Source: Acidimicrobiia bacterium
Lineage (GTDB): Bacteria; Actinomycetota; Acidimicrobiia; Spongiisociales; UBA11373
Reading direction: 5' to 3'
NCBI GenBank assembly: GCA_035291545.1
Contig: DATDRW010000069.1
Span: 2,348-66,347 of the forward strand
DNA: 64,000 bases
Shown in pieces: positions 7,747 to 18,532 of the stretch. Position numbers and translations under genes: made by a program. The notes under the pieces are model-generated. The model made no database searches and had not been told where the DNA came from. It worked only from the letters and a program-made list of their open reading frames with translations. How positions within the stretch are numbered: the stretch's first letter is position 1; every line of letters begins with the position of its first letter.

Positions 7747-9450
7747 CTACGCCCTGAACCCGTTCGTGATCGGCAGCCTGCGGTCGCGTCCCAGTGCCTT
7801 GGTCGTGATCTTCACGCCCGGCGCCGCCTGGCGGCGTTTGTACTCATTGCGATCGACCATCCGGGTCAACCGCTCCACTGTGGCCCGGTCAAAGCCCTCG
7901 GCCACGATCTGGGCGATGCTGCGGTCCCGTTCGATGTAGCCGCGGAGAATCTGGTCCAGGGTCTCATAGGGCGGGAGGGAATCCGTATCCAGCTGGCCGG
8001 GCCGCAACTCGGCCGACGGCGGCTTGTCGATCGTGGCCTGAGGAATCACCTCGCCGTCGCGATTGCGCCACCGGGCGAGGTCGTACACCAGCGTCTTCCA
8101 CACATCGACGAGCACCGCGTAGCCCCCCACCATGTCACCGTAGATAGTGGAGTACCCGACCGACATCTCCGACTTGTTGCCGGTGGAGACCACCATGTGC
8201 CCGAACTTGTTGGAGAGCGCCATGAGGATCGCCCCCCGGATCCTCGCCTGCAGGTTCTCCTCGGTGACGTCGGGCGAAGTGCCGGTGAACACGGCTTCCA
8301 GCGTTTCGAGGAATCCTGTGAACGGCGGCTCGATCGGGATCTCGTCGAAACGGATGCCGAGGTTGCGTGCCAATACCCGCGAGTCCTCCACCGCGCCGGC
8401 GCTGGAGTAGCGGGAGGGCATGGTGATCCCCCACACCGCCTCTGCACCGAGGGCGTCGGCGGCGAGGGTGGCCGTGAGCGCCGAGTCGACGCCGCCGGAA
8501 AGGCCCACCACCACACCGCGGAAGCCGTTCTTGCGAACGTAGCCCCCCAGCCCGCAGACGAGCGCCCGATACACCTCGGCGACTTCATCGAGCGGCTCGT
8601 GAGCCGGCGGCGGCGGCTCCGGATCACCCTCGAGTAGGTCACCGGTGGAAACCACGATCGCACCCACCCCCGAGCGGCCCTCCTCGCGCAGTGGAACGTC
8701 CACCCAGAAGCGCTCCTCGGCGAACTGGGGTGCCCGGTACAGCAGATATCCCGAGGCGTCGAACACCATGCTCTGTCCGTCGAACACCAGCTCGTCCTGA
8801 CCGCCGACCAGATTGAGGTACACCACCGGCACCCCGGCCTCGCGGGCGCGGGCGGCCAGCATCGCCTCCCGCTCCCGGCCCTTTCCGCGGTGATAGGGCG
8901 AACCGTTGATGTTCACCAGGATGTCCGCCCCGTTTCCCGCCTGCTGTGCCGGAGGCCCGTCGGGCACCCAGATGTCCTCGCACACCGAGACACCGACCAC
9001 CGCTCCGTTGATCTCCCAGAGCGCGCCCGGCCGGGTGCCCACGGCAAAGTAACGAGCTTCGTCGAAGACGCCGTAGTTGGGAAGACGGCACTTGTGATAG
9101 ACGCCGCGTACCCGGCCTCCCTGGATCAGCGCGGCGGCGTTGTGCACCCGGACGTGCCCGGCGTCGTCGGGTGGCAGCGACGACCGGTCGACGAACCCCA
9201 CGACCGTCGTCGTGTCGCCGGCATCCTTCGCCAGGCGGTGGAGCGCCTCGATGTTGGCATTGACGAACCCCTCGCGCAGCACCAGGTCCTCCGGCGGATA
9301 CCCGGTGATCGCCAACTCGGGCACGAGGAGGACGTCGGCCTGGCACTCCTCGGCCCATGCCATCGCCCCGCGGATGATCTCAGAGTTCGCCTCGATGTCG
9401 CCGACGGTGAGGTCGACCTGGGCGCAGGCGACTCGGAGGAAGTCGGTCAT
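7747..9450 (-). CDS. nadE: Glutamine-dependent NAD+ synthetase
   Basis: There is an N-terminal CN-hydrolase domain and a C-terminal NAD synthetase domain with the PP-loop GLSGGVDSALTA. The ORF ends with tandem TAG-TGA stops. Confidence 0.9.
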   Translation of the reverse strand: MTDFLRVACAQVDLTVGDIEANSEIIRGAMAWAEECQADVLLVPELAITGYPPEDLVLREGFVNANIEALHRLAKDAGDTTTVVGFVDRSSLPPDDAGHVRVHNAAALIQGGRVRGVYHKCRLPNYGVFDEARYFAVGTRPGALWEINGAVVGVSVCEDIWVPDGPPAQQAGNGADILVNINGSPYHRGKGREREAMLAARAREAGVPVVYLNLVGGQDELVFDGQSMVFDASGYLLYRAPQFAEERFWVDVPLREEGRSGVGAIVVSTGDLLEGDPEPPPPAHEPLDEVAEVYRALVCGLGGYVRKNGFRGVVVGLSGGVDSALTATLAADALGAEAVWGITMPSRYSSAGAVEDSRVLARNLGIRFDEIPIEPPFTGFLETLEAVFTGTSPDVTEENLQARIRGAILMALSNKFGHMVVSTGNKSEMSVGYSTIYGDMVGGYAVLVDVWKTLVYDLARWRNRDGEVIPQATIDKPPSAELRPGQLDTDSLPPYETLDQILRGYIERDRSIAQIVAEGFDRATVERLTRMVDRNEYKRRQAAPGVKITTKALGRDRRLPITNGFRA

Positions 9451-9480
9451 ACGACCCAGGGTAGGGCGCCGGCCCGGCGT

Positions 9481-9503
9481 CTTCTGCTCGGTCGGAGCAG
9501 AAG
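9481..9503 (-). terminator. Hairpin cttctgctc-ggtcg-gagcagaag between the trpA stop and the nadE start.
   Basis: A 9-bp perfect stem with a 5-nt loop. No U-tract follows, which is common in high-GC genomes. Confidence 0.3.
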
Positions 9504-9534
9504 GGCGTCGGCCGTCGGTCCGCTGCCGGCCCGG

Positions 9535-10346
9535 TCACCGCTGCACCCGCACGGCCCGAGCCAGATCTGCCACCGCCGCAGAGAGTGAAGCTGCCGCTGC
9601 GGCGACGCTCTCCGCATCGAGGACACGCCGCACCAGCGCCGAACCCACGATGACTCCGTCGGCGAGTGCGGCGGCATCGGCCGCCGCCTCGGGACCGGAG
9701 ATGCCCACCCCGAGCACGACGGGGATGTCGCTCAGGGCGCGGATCCGGGCGACGAGGGCCGCGCCGTGGCTGCTGGACCGGCGACGTTCGCCGGTGACTC
9801 CCATTTCGGCGATGCCGTACACGAACGGGGGTCGGGCATCCACCACCCGCCGGAGCCGATCTGTGGCGGTGGTCGGCGCGGCGAACTGCACGAGTCCGAT
9901 CCCCGCGGCCCGGCACGCCTCTGCGATCTCGGCGGACTCGTCGACGGGGAGGTCGGCAACGATCAGCGCGGCAGCCCCGGCGTCGGCGGCGGCCCGGCAG
10001 AACGCGGCCGCACCCTTGTGCAGCACCGGGTTGACATAGGTCATCACCGCCACCGGGAGCCGCACCACATCCGTCACCGCAGCGATCACCTCGAGTCCCT
10101 TGTGCAACGTCATACCGGCGGCAAGGGCACGTTTGCCCGCCTCCTGGATGACCGGCCCGTCCATGAGCGGGTCGGCGTACGGCATCCCGATCTCGAACCC
10201 GTCGGCTCCCGCCTCCGCCATCGCCGCGAACAGCGACACCGAGGCGGCGGTGTCGACAAGCCCTGCCATGAGATACGGCAGCAGCAGGGCACGCCCCTCG
10301 GAGCGGGCCGCGGCGAACGCGTCGCCGAAGCTCACGTTCGCGCGCG
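9535..10346 (-). CDS. trpA: Tryptophan synthase alpha chain
   Basis: The C-terminal 270 aa of ORF 9535..10494 are TrpA-like ([39 protein letters not shown]). The start is taken as the GTG at VSFGD, overlapping the trpB stop. Confidence 0.85.
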
Positions 10347-11504
10347 CCACGCCGCCACCTGATCGACGTCCTTGTCGCCGCGGCCACTCAGGCACATCAC
10401 GACCGTCTTGTGGGCGAGCGCGACCCGTTCCCGGGCGATCCAGGCGAGGGCGTGCGCCGGTTCCAGCGCCGGGATGATGCCTTCGGTACGGCACAGCAGG
10501 TCCATGGCGGCGACGGCTTCGCGGTCGGTGGCCGACTCGTAGCGGGCGATGCCGGCGTCCTTGAAGTAGGCATGTTCCGGCCCGACGCCGGGGTAGTCGA
10601 GCCCCGCCGAGATCGAATGCGCCTCGAGCACCTGGCCCTCATCGTCCTGGAGCAAGTAGGTGCGGGCACCGTGCAATACGCCCGGCGAACCGGCGGAGAG
10701 CGATGCACCGTGGCGGCCGGTGGCGATTCCATCGCCTCCCGCTTCCACACCCACCAGTCGGACCCCGCTGCCGACGAACGGGTGGAACATGCCCATGGAG
10801 TTCGACCCGCCCCCGACGCAGGCGACCACGACATCGGGTACCCGGCTCCCCAGTTGAGCGATCGTCTCCTCCCCGATCACCCGTTGGAACTCGCGCACGA
10901 TCCAGGGAAAGGGGTGGGGGCCGACCACCGAGCCGATGATGTAGTGCGTCGTCTCCACGGTGGCCACCCAGTCCCGGAGGGCGGCACTCACCGCATCCTT
11001 CAGGGTCCCCGCCCCCGACGTCACCGGGGTCACCACGGCGCCGAGCATCCGCATCCGTTCCACGTTGAGGGCCTGGCGCCGGATGTCGACCTCCCCCATG
11101 AACACCTCACACTCGAGCCCGAGGAGGGCACAGGCGGTGGCGGTGGCCACCCCGTGCTGGCCGGCCCCGGTCTCGGCGATCACCCGCGGTTTGCCCATCC
11201 GCTGGGCGAGCAACCCCTGCCCGACCGTGTTGTTGATCTTGTGTGCGCCGGTGTGGGCGAGATCCTCCCGCTTCAGCAGCAGATCGATCCCCAACTCCGC
11301 AGACAACCGTCGTGCCGGATACAGCGGCGTCGGTCTCCCCACGAAGTCCCTCAGCAGTGCAGCCAGCTCCGACTGGAATCCGGAGTCGGCGACGGCGGCG
11401 ACGAATGCCGACTCCAGTTCGGCGAGCGCCGGCATCAGCGTCTCCGGGGCGAACGCTCCCCCGTACTCCCCGAACCGCCCGCGGTGGTCGGGTCGAGCCG
11501 TCAT
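10332..11504 (-). CDS. trpB: Tryptophan synthase beta chain
   Basis: From [16 protein letters not shown] onward, ORF 10332..12245 has the PLP lysine motif HTGAHKINN and GGGSNSMG. The ATG at 11504 overlaps the trpF stop as ATGA. The 247 aa upstream of it is a shadow read across trpF. Confidence 0.9.
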   Translation of the reverse strand: MTARPDHRGRFGEYGGAFAPETLMPALAELESAFVAAVADSGFQSELAALLRDFVGRPTPLYPARRLSAELGIDLLLKREDLAHTGAHKINNTVGQGLLAQRMGKPRVIAETGAGQHGVATATACALLGLECEVFMGEVDIRRQALNVERMRMLGAVVTPVTSGAGTLKDAVSAALRDWVATVETTHYIIGSVVGPHPFPWIVREFQRVIGEETIAQLGSRVPDVVVACVGGGSNSMGMFHPFVGSGVRLVGVEAGGDGIATGRHGASLSAGSPGVLHGARTYLLQDDEGQVLEAHSISAGLDYPGVGPEHAYFKDAGIARYESATDREAVAAMDLLCRTEGIIPALEPAHALAWIARERVALAHKTVVMCLSGRGDKDVDQVAAWRART

Positions 11505-12100
11505 CGGGCCGCCTCGACGAACTGCCGCATCAGGTCGGGATCCTTGATCCCCGGCGACCGCTCCACACCGGAGGAGACGTCGACCCCCCACGCGCCGGTG
11601 GCCGCGATCGCCCCGGCCACCGACGCGGGGGTGAGTCCACCGGCGATCACGAAGTCGCCCCCGAGCCCGCCTGCCAGGTCCCAGGCGAACCGTCGGCCGG
11701 TTCCGCCGTGCACACCCGTGCCACCGGTGTCGAGAAGGGGACGCGCCCCTTCGGGCACCACCGTCAGGTCCGGTGTCCCGGCGGTGACCGGAACCGGGAA
11801 CAGCACCGCGAGACCCGCTCTGAGGGCGGCGCGGGCGGCGTCCGCGGAATGCACACCGTGCGGCTGCACACCGGACACCCCGGCGAACACCGCGGCGGCG
11901 ACCACCCACTCGGGATCCGAGTCGACCGTCAGCAGGTACCGCTCGACGGGTATCCCGGCGGCAAGGTCGACAACCCGTTGCAGAGGCACGAACCGAGGCG
12001 AGACCGGGGCGACCACGAAGCCGACTGCGTCGGCGCCGGCGCTCACCGCGGCCTCGACGTCCCGGCGCCGGGTCATCCCGCACAGCTTCACCCAGGTCAC
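11501..12100 (-). CDS. trpF: Phosphoribosylanthranilate isomerase
   Basis: The 199-aa ORF begins [18 protein letters not shown], a TrpF-like (beta/alpha)8 N-terminus. It sits between trpC and trpB, with ATGA overlaps at both junctions. Confidence 0.8.
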   Translation of the reverse strand: MTWVKLCGMTRRRDVEAAVSAGADAVGFVVAPVSPRFVPLQRVVDLAAGIPVERYLLTVDSDPEWVVAAAVFAGVSGVQPHGVHSADAARAALRAGLAVLFPVPVTAGTPDLTVVPEGARPLLDTGGTGVHGGTGRRFAWDLAGGLGGDFVIAGGLTPASVAGAIAATGAWGVDVSSGVERSPGIKDPDLMRQFVEAAR

Positions 12101-12888
12101 GAGCGACCTCGCAACGACTCCACGAATCCTGCGGGATCCGGGTGTCGAACCGCGGCCTCGCCGACGAGCACGGCGTCGTAGCCGGCGGCGGCCATCCGGG
12201 CCGCGGCGGCCGGAGTCGACACCCCGCTCTCGGCGACGGCGACACAGCCCTCCGGGAGAAAGCGGCGCAGCGACTCTGCGGTGGCGAGGTCCACGGTGAA
12301 CGACCGGAGGTCCCGGTTGTTCACACCGACGATGGAGGCGCCGATCGCCGCAACACGACGTGCCTCTCCTTCATCGTGCACCTCGACGAGTGCGTCGATG
12401 CCGGCGGCCTCGGCCGCCGCCTGCGCCTCGCACAACTCGGCGTCTGACAGGATGGCGGCGATCAGAAGCACGGCGTCGGCACCCATGGCCCGCGCCTCCC
12501 ACACCTGCGCCGGATGGAGCACGAAGTCCTTGCGCAGCACCGGGAGCGACACCCGGCTGCGCACGGTCGCCAGGTCGCCGGGGAGTGCCCCGAAGTGATC
12601 CGCCTCGGTGAGCACCGACACCCCCGCGGCACCTCCCCGTTCATAGGCGGCCGCCAACGCCGCGGGGTCGAGGTCGGGGGCGATGGCACCCGCCGAGGGA
12701 GAGCGCCGTTTCACCTCGGCGACGATGGAGAGACCGCCTCCGGTGAGGGCGTCGGAGAATCCCCGCGGCGGAGGGGCCATTGCCGCGGCGGCGCGCAGTG
12801 TCGCCTCACGGGCGATCACTCCGGGGAGCCGGGAGCGGACGGAGGCAAGTATCTCGGGCAGCACCGGCGCATCGTAGAAACCCACCCG
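12097..12888 (-). CDS. trpC: Indole-3-glycerol phosphate synthase
   Basis: The ORF carries [22 protein letters not shown] and [11 protein letters not shown]. The start is trimmed to GTG ([13 protein letters not shown]), 4 nt after the kinase stop. Confidence 0.85.
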   Translation of the reverse strand, partial: RVGFYDAPVLPEILASVRSRLPGVIAREATLRAAAAMAPPPRGFSDALTGGGLSIVAEVKRRSPSAGAIAPDLDPAALAAAYERGGAAGVSVLTEADHFGALPGDLATVRSRVSLPVLRKDFVLHPAQVWEARAMGADAVLLIAAILSDAELCEAQAAAEAAGIDALVEVHDEGEARRVAAIGASIVGVNNRDLRSFTVDLATAESLRRFLPEGCVAVAESGVSTPAAAARMAAAGYDAVLVGEAAVRHPDPAGFVESLRGRS

Positions 12889-12892
12889 CCCA

Positions 12893-14278
12893 TCACCGGG
12901 CCAAATCGGGGATGCTGACCCGGATCGCGGTGCCGGCGCCGGGAGCGGTGACCACCTCGGCGTCCCCGCCCATCGCCGCAACGAGCTCACGCACGATCGA
13001 GAGACCGAGCCCACTTCCCTCGGGGCGGATCGGGCGATAGCGCGTCGCCACGTAGAGCCGCTCGAAGACGTGGGGGACGTCGGCAGGGTCGATGCCGGGA
13101 CCGCTGTCGGCGACGTCCATCACCAGTCGGCTGCCGCGACGGTGCAGTCCGAGCGTGACCGTGCCGGCTTCCGGGGTGTACCGGAGGGCGTTTTCGAGGA
13201 GGTTGCCCGCCACCTGGGCGATGCGGTCGGGGTCGACGTCAACGATGCCGACTTCCTCGACGTCGGAGGCAAGCTGCACCCGGGCGGACTCCGCCCTGCC
13301 CCGAAACCCCTCGAGCACACCCTCGAGGTGACCGGCGAGATCGACGGGTTCCGGACGCAGGGTGAACTCCGGAGCCTCGATGCGTGACAGGAGCATCAGG
13401 TCCTCGACCAGCCGGCGCAGCCGATCCGATTCGGTGCCCAGAACCCGGGCGACCCGCTCCACGTCCTCGGGGGGGATGCGGCCTTCTTGCATCGCCTCGG
13501 CGTAGCCGGAGATCGTGGTCAGCGGGGTGCGCAGGTCGTGGCCCACCGACACCAGGAAGGCCCGCTCACGGCGACGGGCCGCCTCCAGCTGCGCTGCCAT
13601 CTCGTTGAAGGCGACGGCCACCTCGGCGAGCTCGTCGCCACCATCCACCGGGACCCGCACCGTGAGATTCCCGGCGGCCACGGCCCTCGAGGCATCGTGG
13701 AGCTCCCCCAGGCGCCGCCCGGCGAACCGGCTGAAGGAGCCGGCGAGCAGGGCGGCGAGCAGCAGTGCCAGCGCCAGGGCCCAGGCGAACCGCAGCAGCA
13801 CCTCGCTCCACGGAATCAGTTCCAGACTGGTGCCGATCACCACGACGAGGCTTCCCCGATCACCGATGCGGAACGGCTGGGCCACCGCGGTCACGGACTC
13901 CCCGCCCACCTCGGCGTCGAAGCTGAAGGAATCTGCCAGGTCGGCGATTCCCGGCACCTGGGTGATCAGCTCACCCCCATCCCCCAGCACCGTGACCGTC
14001 CCCCGGGGACCAACGATGGCGGCTTCGACGAACTCATGGCCCCCGACGAGGGCGACGTCGCGGAGGATCTGGACGAGCCTGCCGCGCTCGCCGAGCCGGC
14101 CGCCCTCCGGTGGCAGCTCCGCCTCGATGAGACGCGCCGTCGCCGCCGCCTGCCGGGCGAACTCGGCCCGCGCCGAGGCCTCGACGGAGCGGCTGATCAG
14201 CATGGCGGCGGCAAAGCCGCCGACCACGAGGGTGATCACCGCCACCGCCACCATCCCCCAGAAGAAGCGGCGTCGCAT
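12893..14278 (-). CDS. Sensor histidine kinase with two transmembrane segments, a HAMP domain, a HisKA domain and an HATPase_c domain.
   Basis: The H-box is VSVGHDLRTPLTTISGYAEAM. N and G boxes (NALRYT, DSGPGID, GSGLGLSIV) are present, and there are transmembrane segments at the N-terminus and around residues 160-185. Confidence 0.85.
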   Translation of the reverse strand: MRRRFFWGMVAVAVITLVVGGFAAAMLISRSVEASARAEFARQAAATARLIEAELPPEGGRLGERGRLVQILRDVALVGGHEFVEAAIVGPRGTVTVLGDGGELITQVPGIADLADSFSFDAEVGGESVTAVAQPFRIGDRGSLVVVIGTSLELIPWSEVLLRFAWALALALLLAALLAGSFSRFAGRRLGELHDASRAVAAGNLTVRVPVDGGDELAEVAVAFNEMAAQLEAARRRERAFLVSVGHDLRTPLTTISGYAEAMQEGRIPPEDVERVARVLGTESDRLRRLVEDLMLLSRIEAPEFTLRPEPVDLAGHLEGVLEGFRGRAESARVQLASDVEEVGIVDVDPDRIAQVAGNLLENALRYTPEAGTVTLGLHRRGSRLVMDVADSGPGIDPADVPHVFERLYVATRYRPIRPEGSGLGLSIVRELVAAMGGDAEVVTAPGAGTAIRVSIPDLAR

Positions 14279-14304
14279 CTAGTGCCCCGTCACGTGTCGG
14301 GGAA

Positions 14305-14979
<675 letters not shown>

Positions 14980-14998
14980 GCTCACCTCCCCGCGTCGA

Positions 14999-15886
14999 TC
15001 ATCGGAACGGACTGTTCGAAGACTGTGAAGCACCGCCGAGACCGCCCCGCACGATCTCCTCGACCGTCCCGGGCGCCTCCCCGCCGTCCCAGCGTACGAG
15101 CACGGGGGCACCCGGGGTCGCTTCCCGGCGGAGCAGCGCCAGGGCGGCGGCGCCTCCCTCTCTGGGCGCCACCGTCCCGAGCACACCAACCACCACGCCG
15201 CCGACGACCACCTCGGCCCCCCGCGGGGGACGCCCCGCGGCAACGACCACCCGGCGCAGCATCCGATTGACGTGTCCCCGGCTGTCGATCCTGGCCACCA
15301 GTTCCTGTCCGACGAAACAACCCTTGGTGAAGGACACGGCTTCGGGCACGAGGCCGGTCTCCTGGGGGATGGTGCCGTCGTCGACGTCGCTGCCGAACCG
15401 CGGCTCGCCGGCGGCAATGCGATGGGCGGCCAGGGCCGCGTCGCCCAGGCGCGGGCCCGGCGGCGCCTCGACGGCGGCCACCAGACGCCGCGGTGCACCC
15501 GATGGAATCACCGCCTGGAGCACCGACCCGTCCTCGAACCATCCCGAACCCGGCTCGGGCACGCCGCCCCACACGGAGTGCACCGGACGCTCGTCCGTTC
15601 GCAGGTTCGCCACCACCCGGAACCGGAACCGATCGAGCTCGGCGACCACGGCGGCCCCGGTGCCGGCCGGCGTCACCACGCCGACCGACTCCGCGCCGCG
15701 CAACACCCACAGGATCGCCCGCAGCTTGCCCCGGGGCTCGAGGAGCAATGACCGCCTCACCTCTCCGGGGGCCATTCCCCGCACGTCCTGGCTGACCTGG
15801 CCGTCGAGGAACCCCACGGCATCGGCGCCCTCGACCCACACCAGCTCGTCCGTGCCGATCCCGATCCCGGCCGCGAGCTCAAACAT
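14999..15886 (-). CDS. YgfZ/GcvT-like folate-binding protein
   Basis: From MFELAAGIG onward, ORF 14999..16084 carries the YgfZ signature KGCFVGQE. ATG 15886 overlaps the trpE stop as ATGTTTGA. The upstream 66 aa is a shadow read across the trpE 3' end. Confidence 0.65.
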   Translation of the reverse strand: MFELAAGIGIGTDELVWVEGADAVGFLDGQVSQDVRGMAPGEVRRSLLLEPRGKLRAILWVLRGAESVGVVTPAGTGAAVVAELDRFRFRVVANLRTDERPVHSVWGGVPEPGSGWFEDGSVLQAVIPSGAPRRLVAAVEAPPGPRLGDAALAAHRIAAGEPRFGSDVDDGTIPQETGLVPEAVSFTKGCFVGQELVARIDSRGHVNRMLRRVVVAAGRPPRGAEVVVGGVVVGVLGTVAPREGGAAALALLRREATPGAPVLVRWDGGEAPGTVEEIVRGGLGGASQSSNSPFR

Positions 15887-17345
15887 CGTCGGCGGCGGCG
15901 ATGGCCGCAAGGACCGCGGCGGCCTTCTCGCGGCATTCCTCGTACTCGCGCTCGGGCCGGCTGTCCGCCACCACCCCGGCACCGGCCTGCACCCACGCCT
16001 TCCCGTCGGCGGCGACCATCGTGCGCAGTGCAATGGCGGTGTCCATGTTGCCCGAGAAGTCGAGGTAGCCGACGGCTCCGGCATACGGCCCGCGGGCCAC
16101 CGGCTCGAGCCGGTCGATGATCTCCATCGCCCGCACCTTGGGGGCGCCGGTGACGGTGCCGTGGGGAAACGTGGCGCGGAGCACGTCGACGGGCCCGATC
16201 CCGTCCCGCACCGTTCCCGACACCCCCGAGACGATGTGCATCACGTGCGAGTAGCGCTCGATCACCATGAGCTCGTCGACGGACACCGTTCCGAATCGCG
16301 ACACCCTGCCCAGGTCGTTGCGGGCGAGGTCGACGAGCATCACGTGCTCCGCCCGCTCTTTGGGATCGGCGAGCAGCTCGGCCTCGAGGGCGGCATCCTC
16401 GCCGGGAGTGGCCCCGCGGCGTCGGGTACCGGCGATCGGCCTGCTGTGCACCTTGCGGTCACGCATCCTCACCATCAGCTCCGGGGACGAGCCGGCGATC
16501 GCCAATCCTGGAGCCCTTACGAAGAACATGTAGGGCGATGGGTTGAGCAGACGGAGCGCCCGGTACACCGAGAAGGGATCGCCGGAGAAATCGACCTCGA
16601 AGCGAACCGAGGCGACGATCTGGAAGGCGTCGCCGGTACGGATGTGGCGGATCGCCCTTTCGACGGCGGCGCCGTATTCGACGGCGGTCATCGACGCCGA
16701 AACCGCCGGACGGCCGGCGAACGAGGGAACCGTCCGCACCTCCCTGCCGGGTGCGGTGCCGAGCGCGGTCGCCGCCTGCTCCAGGCGTAAGGCGGCATCG
16801 TCGTAGTCGGCGGCAGGATTAGGGCCCACGACCACGTTGCGGATGAGCCGGATCCGTTGTCCGAACCGATCGAACGCCGCAAGGCTCCCGACACCCAGCC
16901 ACAGCATCTCGGGAAGGCCGCGGTCGTCGGTGGGGCGATGCGGCAACCGTTCGACGTACCGCACCGCGTCGTACCCGAGATACCCGACCACGCCGGTGTG
17001 CAGCGGCGGCATGCCGGGGAGCTCGGGCACGGTGCATCGCCGCAACAGGCTCTCGAGGGCGATGAAGGGATCGCTGCGGTCGATGGGGAACTGCGCTCCC
17101 TCGAGCTCCACGACCCCGTCACGGGAGCTGAGGATGAACAGCGGGTCCCAGCCGAGGAAAGACCAGCGCGCCCAGCGGTCTCCCCCCTCCACCGACTCGA
17201 GCAGGAACGAGGGGCCGCTCCCGGCGAGAGCGCCGAATGCGCCGACGGCCGTGACGGTATCGCCGAGGACGTCGGCCCAGACCGGCACGATCGCGTGCCC
17301 GCCGGCCAGACGGACGAACTCCTCCCGGGAGGGACTCAGGCGCAT
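15879..17345 (-). CDS. trpE: Anthranilate synthase component I
   Basis: The 488-aa ORF has chorismate-binding motifs (LLESVEGG, SPELMVR, IAGTRRRG, GAVGYLDFSGNMDTAIALRT). Confidence 0.9.
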   Translation of the reverse strand: MRLSPSREEFVRLAGGHAIVPVWADVLGDTVTAVGAFGALAGSGPSFLLESVEGGDRWARWSFLGWDPLFILSSRDGVVELEGAQFPIDRSDPFIALESLLRRCTVPELPGMPPLHTGVVGYLGYDAVRYVERLPHRPTDDRGLPEMLWLGVGSLAAFDRFGQRIRLIRNVVVGPNPAADYDDAALRLEQAATALGTAPGREVRTVPSFAGRPAVSASMTAVEYGAAVERAIRHIRTGDAFQIVASVRFEVDFSGDPFSVYRALRLLNPSPYMFFVRAPGLAIAGSSPELMVRMRDRKVHSRPIAGTRRRGATPGEDAALEAELLADPKERAEHVMLVDLARNDLGRVSRFGTVSVDELMVIERYSHVMHIVSGVSGTVRDGIGPVDVLRATFPHGTVTGAPKVRAMEIIDRLEPVARGPYAGAVGYLDFSGNMDTAIALRTMVAADGKAWVQAGAGVVADSRPEREYEECREKAAAVLAAIAAADDV

Positions 17346-17388
17346 CGCCGCCGAGGGTAGGACTGCTTCCGGCGGATGCCCCGATGAA

Positions 17389-18138
17389 TCAGACGTTCCA
17401 GAGAAACCCGGGGAGGACCTGCTGGAACCACCGGTTGAGATCGACGAGCCGCCCGGTGACCATGAGCAACCCGAACCCGGCCAGCAGCACTCCCGACGTG
17501 ACCGTGATCGCGGTGAAGTGCCGCTTGAACCACCCGAAGGCCGAGTAGGCCTTGGTCATCGCCAGACCGGCGACGACGAAGGGGACCCCGAGCCCGAGCG
17601 AGTACACGAACAGGAGGAACATTCCCTGGGCGATCGTCTCCTGGGTACCGGCGACGGTGAGGATCGCGCCGAGCATCGGCCCGAGACACGGGGTCCAGCC
17701 GAAACCGAAAGCGACTCCCATCACCGGCGCCGCCCACGCCCCAAGCCGCGACGGGCGCACCTCGAGACGCCGCTCCCGCGCGAACGGGTTGAGCAGCCGC
17801 GGGTTCCACAACGCGCTCACCGCGACAAAGGCCCCGAACCCGACCACCAGCCATCCGGCGACCGTGGTGATGGTGCCCTGGTTCTGATTCAGCATCTTCC
17901 CCACCGAGGTGGCGGTCGCGCCCAGGGCGACGAACACCGCGGTAAACCCGGCGACGAACAACAGCGTGACCCGCAGCATCTTTCCCACCGATGCCTTGCC
18001 CTCTGCGAGGTCGGAGGCGGAGTAGCCGGACATCATCGACAGGTACCCGGGGAGCAAAGGAAGCACGCACGGCGACAGGAACGACAGCGCTCCGAACACG
18101 AATGCGGCGAACACATTGACGCTGGCGATCTCCACGAT
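17389..18138 (-). CDS. ccdA: Cytochrome c-type biogenesis protein CcdA (DsbD-like thiol:disulfide transporter)
   Basis: The first transmembrane segment holds the Cys pair (FLSPCVLPLLPGYLSMMSG). A second Cys, in WTPCLGPMLG, sits in a later transmembrane segment. The ORF-track start at 18216 overlaps the divergent csaA-like start, so the start was trimmed to an internal GTG and remains uncertain. Confidence 0.7.
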   Translation of the reverse strand: MVEIASVNVFAAFVFGALSFLSPCVLPLLPGYLSMMSGYSASDLAEGKASVGKMLRVTLLFVAGFTAVFVALGATATSVGKMLNQNQGTITTVAGWLVVGFGAFVAVSALWNPRLLNPFARERRLEVRPSRLGAWAAPVMGVAFGFGWTPCLGPMLGAILTVAGTQETIAQGMFLLFVYSLGLGVPFVVAGLAMTKAYSAFGWFKRHFTAITVTSGVLLAGFGLLMVTGRLVDLNRWFQQVLPGFLWNV

Positions 18139-18205
18139 GCTCCCGGGATGGGCGTGCCGTGCAACGCTACCGGCGCCCCGGCGGTTCCCGGTAATGTCGT
18201 TCGCC

Positions 18206-18532
18206 ATGCCGACCATTGCCGAATGGCATCAGTTCGCGGTCCGCACCGGGATCGTCGTACGCGCCGAGGCCAACGAGGCGGCGCGTCATCCGGCCTACCG
18301 GATGTGGATCGACTTCGGGGACCTCGGCATCCTCCAATCCTCCGCAAAGATCACCGACCACTACCGCGCCGCCGAGCTGGTCGGCACCCAGGTGATCGCC
18401 GTGACGGGGTTCGCCCCGCTCCACGTCGCCGGGTTTCGATCGGATGTGCTCGTGCTCGGCGCCCTCACCGACAGCGGGGTGGCGCTGGTGCGTCCCGACC
18501 GGCCGGTTCCACCCGGCAGCACGATCGCTTGA
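18206..18532 (+). CDS. CsaA-like tRNA-binding domain protein (Trbp111/MetG C-terminal domain fold)
   Basis: From MPTIAEWHQFAVRTGIVVRAE...GTQVIAVTGFAPLHVAGFRSDVLVLGA, the pattern matches CsaA/tRNA-binding OB-fold proteins. The start was trimmed from ORF 18116 because ccdA overlaps there. Confidence 0.5.
   Translation: MPTIAEWHQFAVRTGIVVRAEANEAARHPAYRMWIDFGDLGILQSSAKITDHYRAAELVGTQVIAVTGFAPLHVAGFRSDVLVLGALTDSGVALVRPDRPVPPGSTIA

Noticed and set aside
10332-12245. Possibility that ORF 10332..12245 is a single 637-aa fusion protein
   Set aside because: The first 247 codons overlap trpF in another frame and translate to an Arg/Gly-rich string. TrpB begins at an internal ATG that overlaps the trpF stop.
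17346-17388. trp attenuator or leader peptide upstream of trpE
   Set aside because: The spacer between ccdA and trpE is only about 40 nt and has no Trp-codon-rich mini-ORF or alternative hairpins.
16837-18530. N-terminal 560 aa of the 982-aa plus-strand ORF 16837..19785
   Set aside because: Only the last roughly 418 aa (the MFS transporter) look like protein. The upstream part runs antisense through trpE and ccdA and is Arg/Pro-rich.
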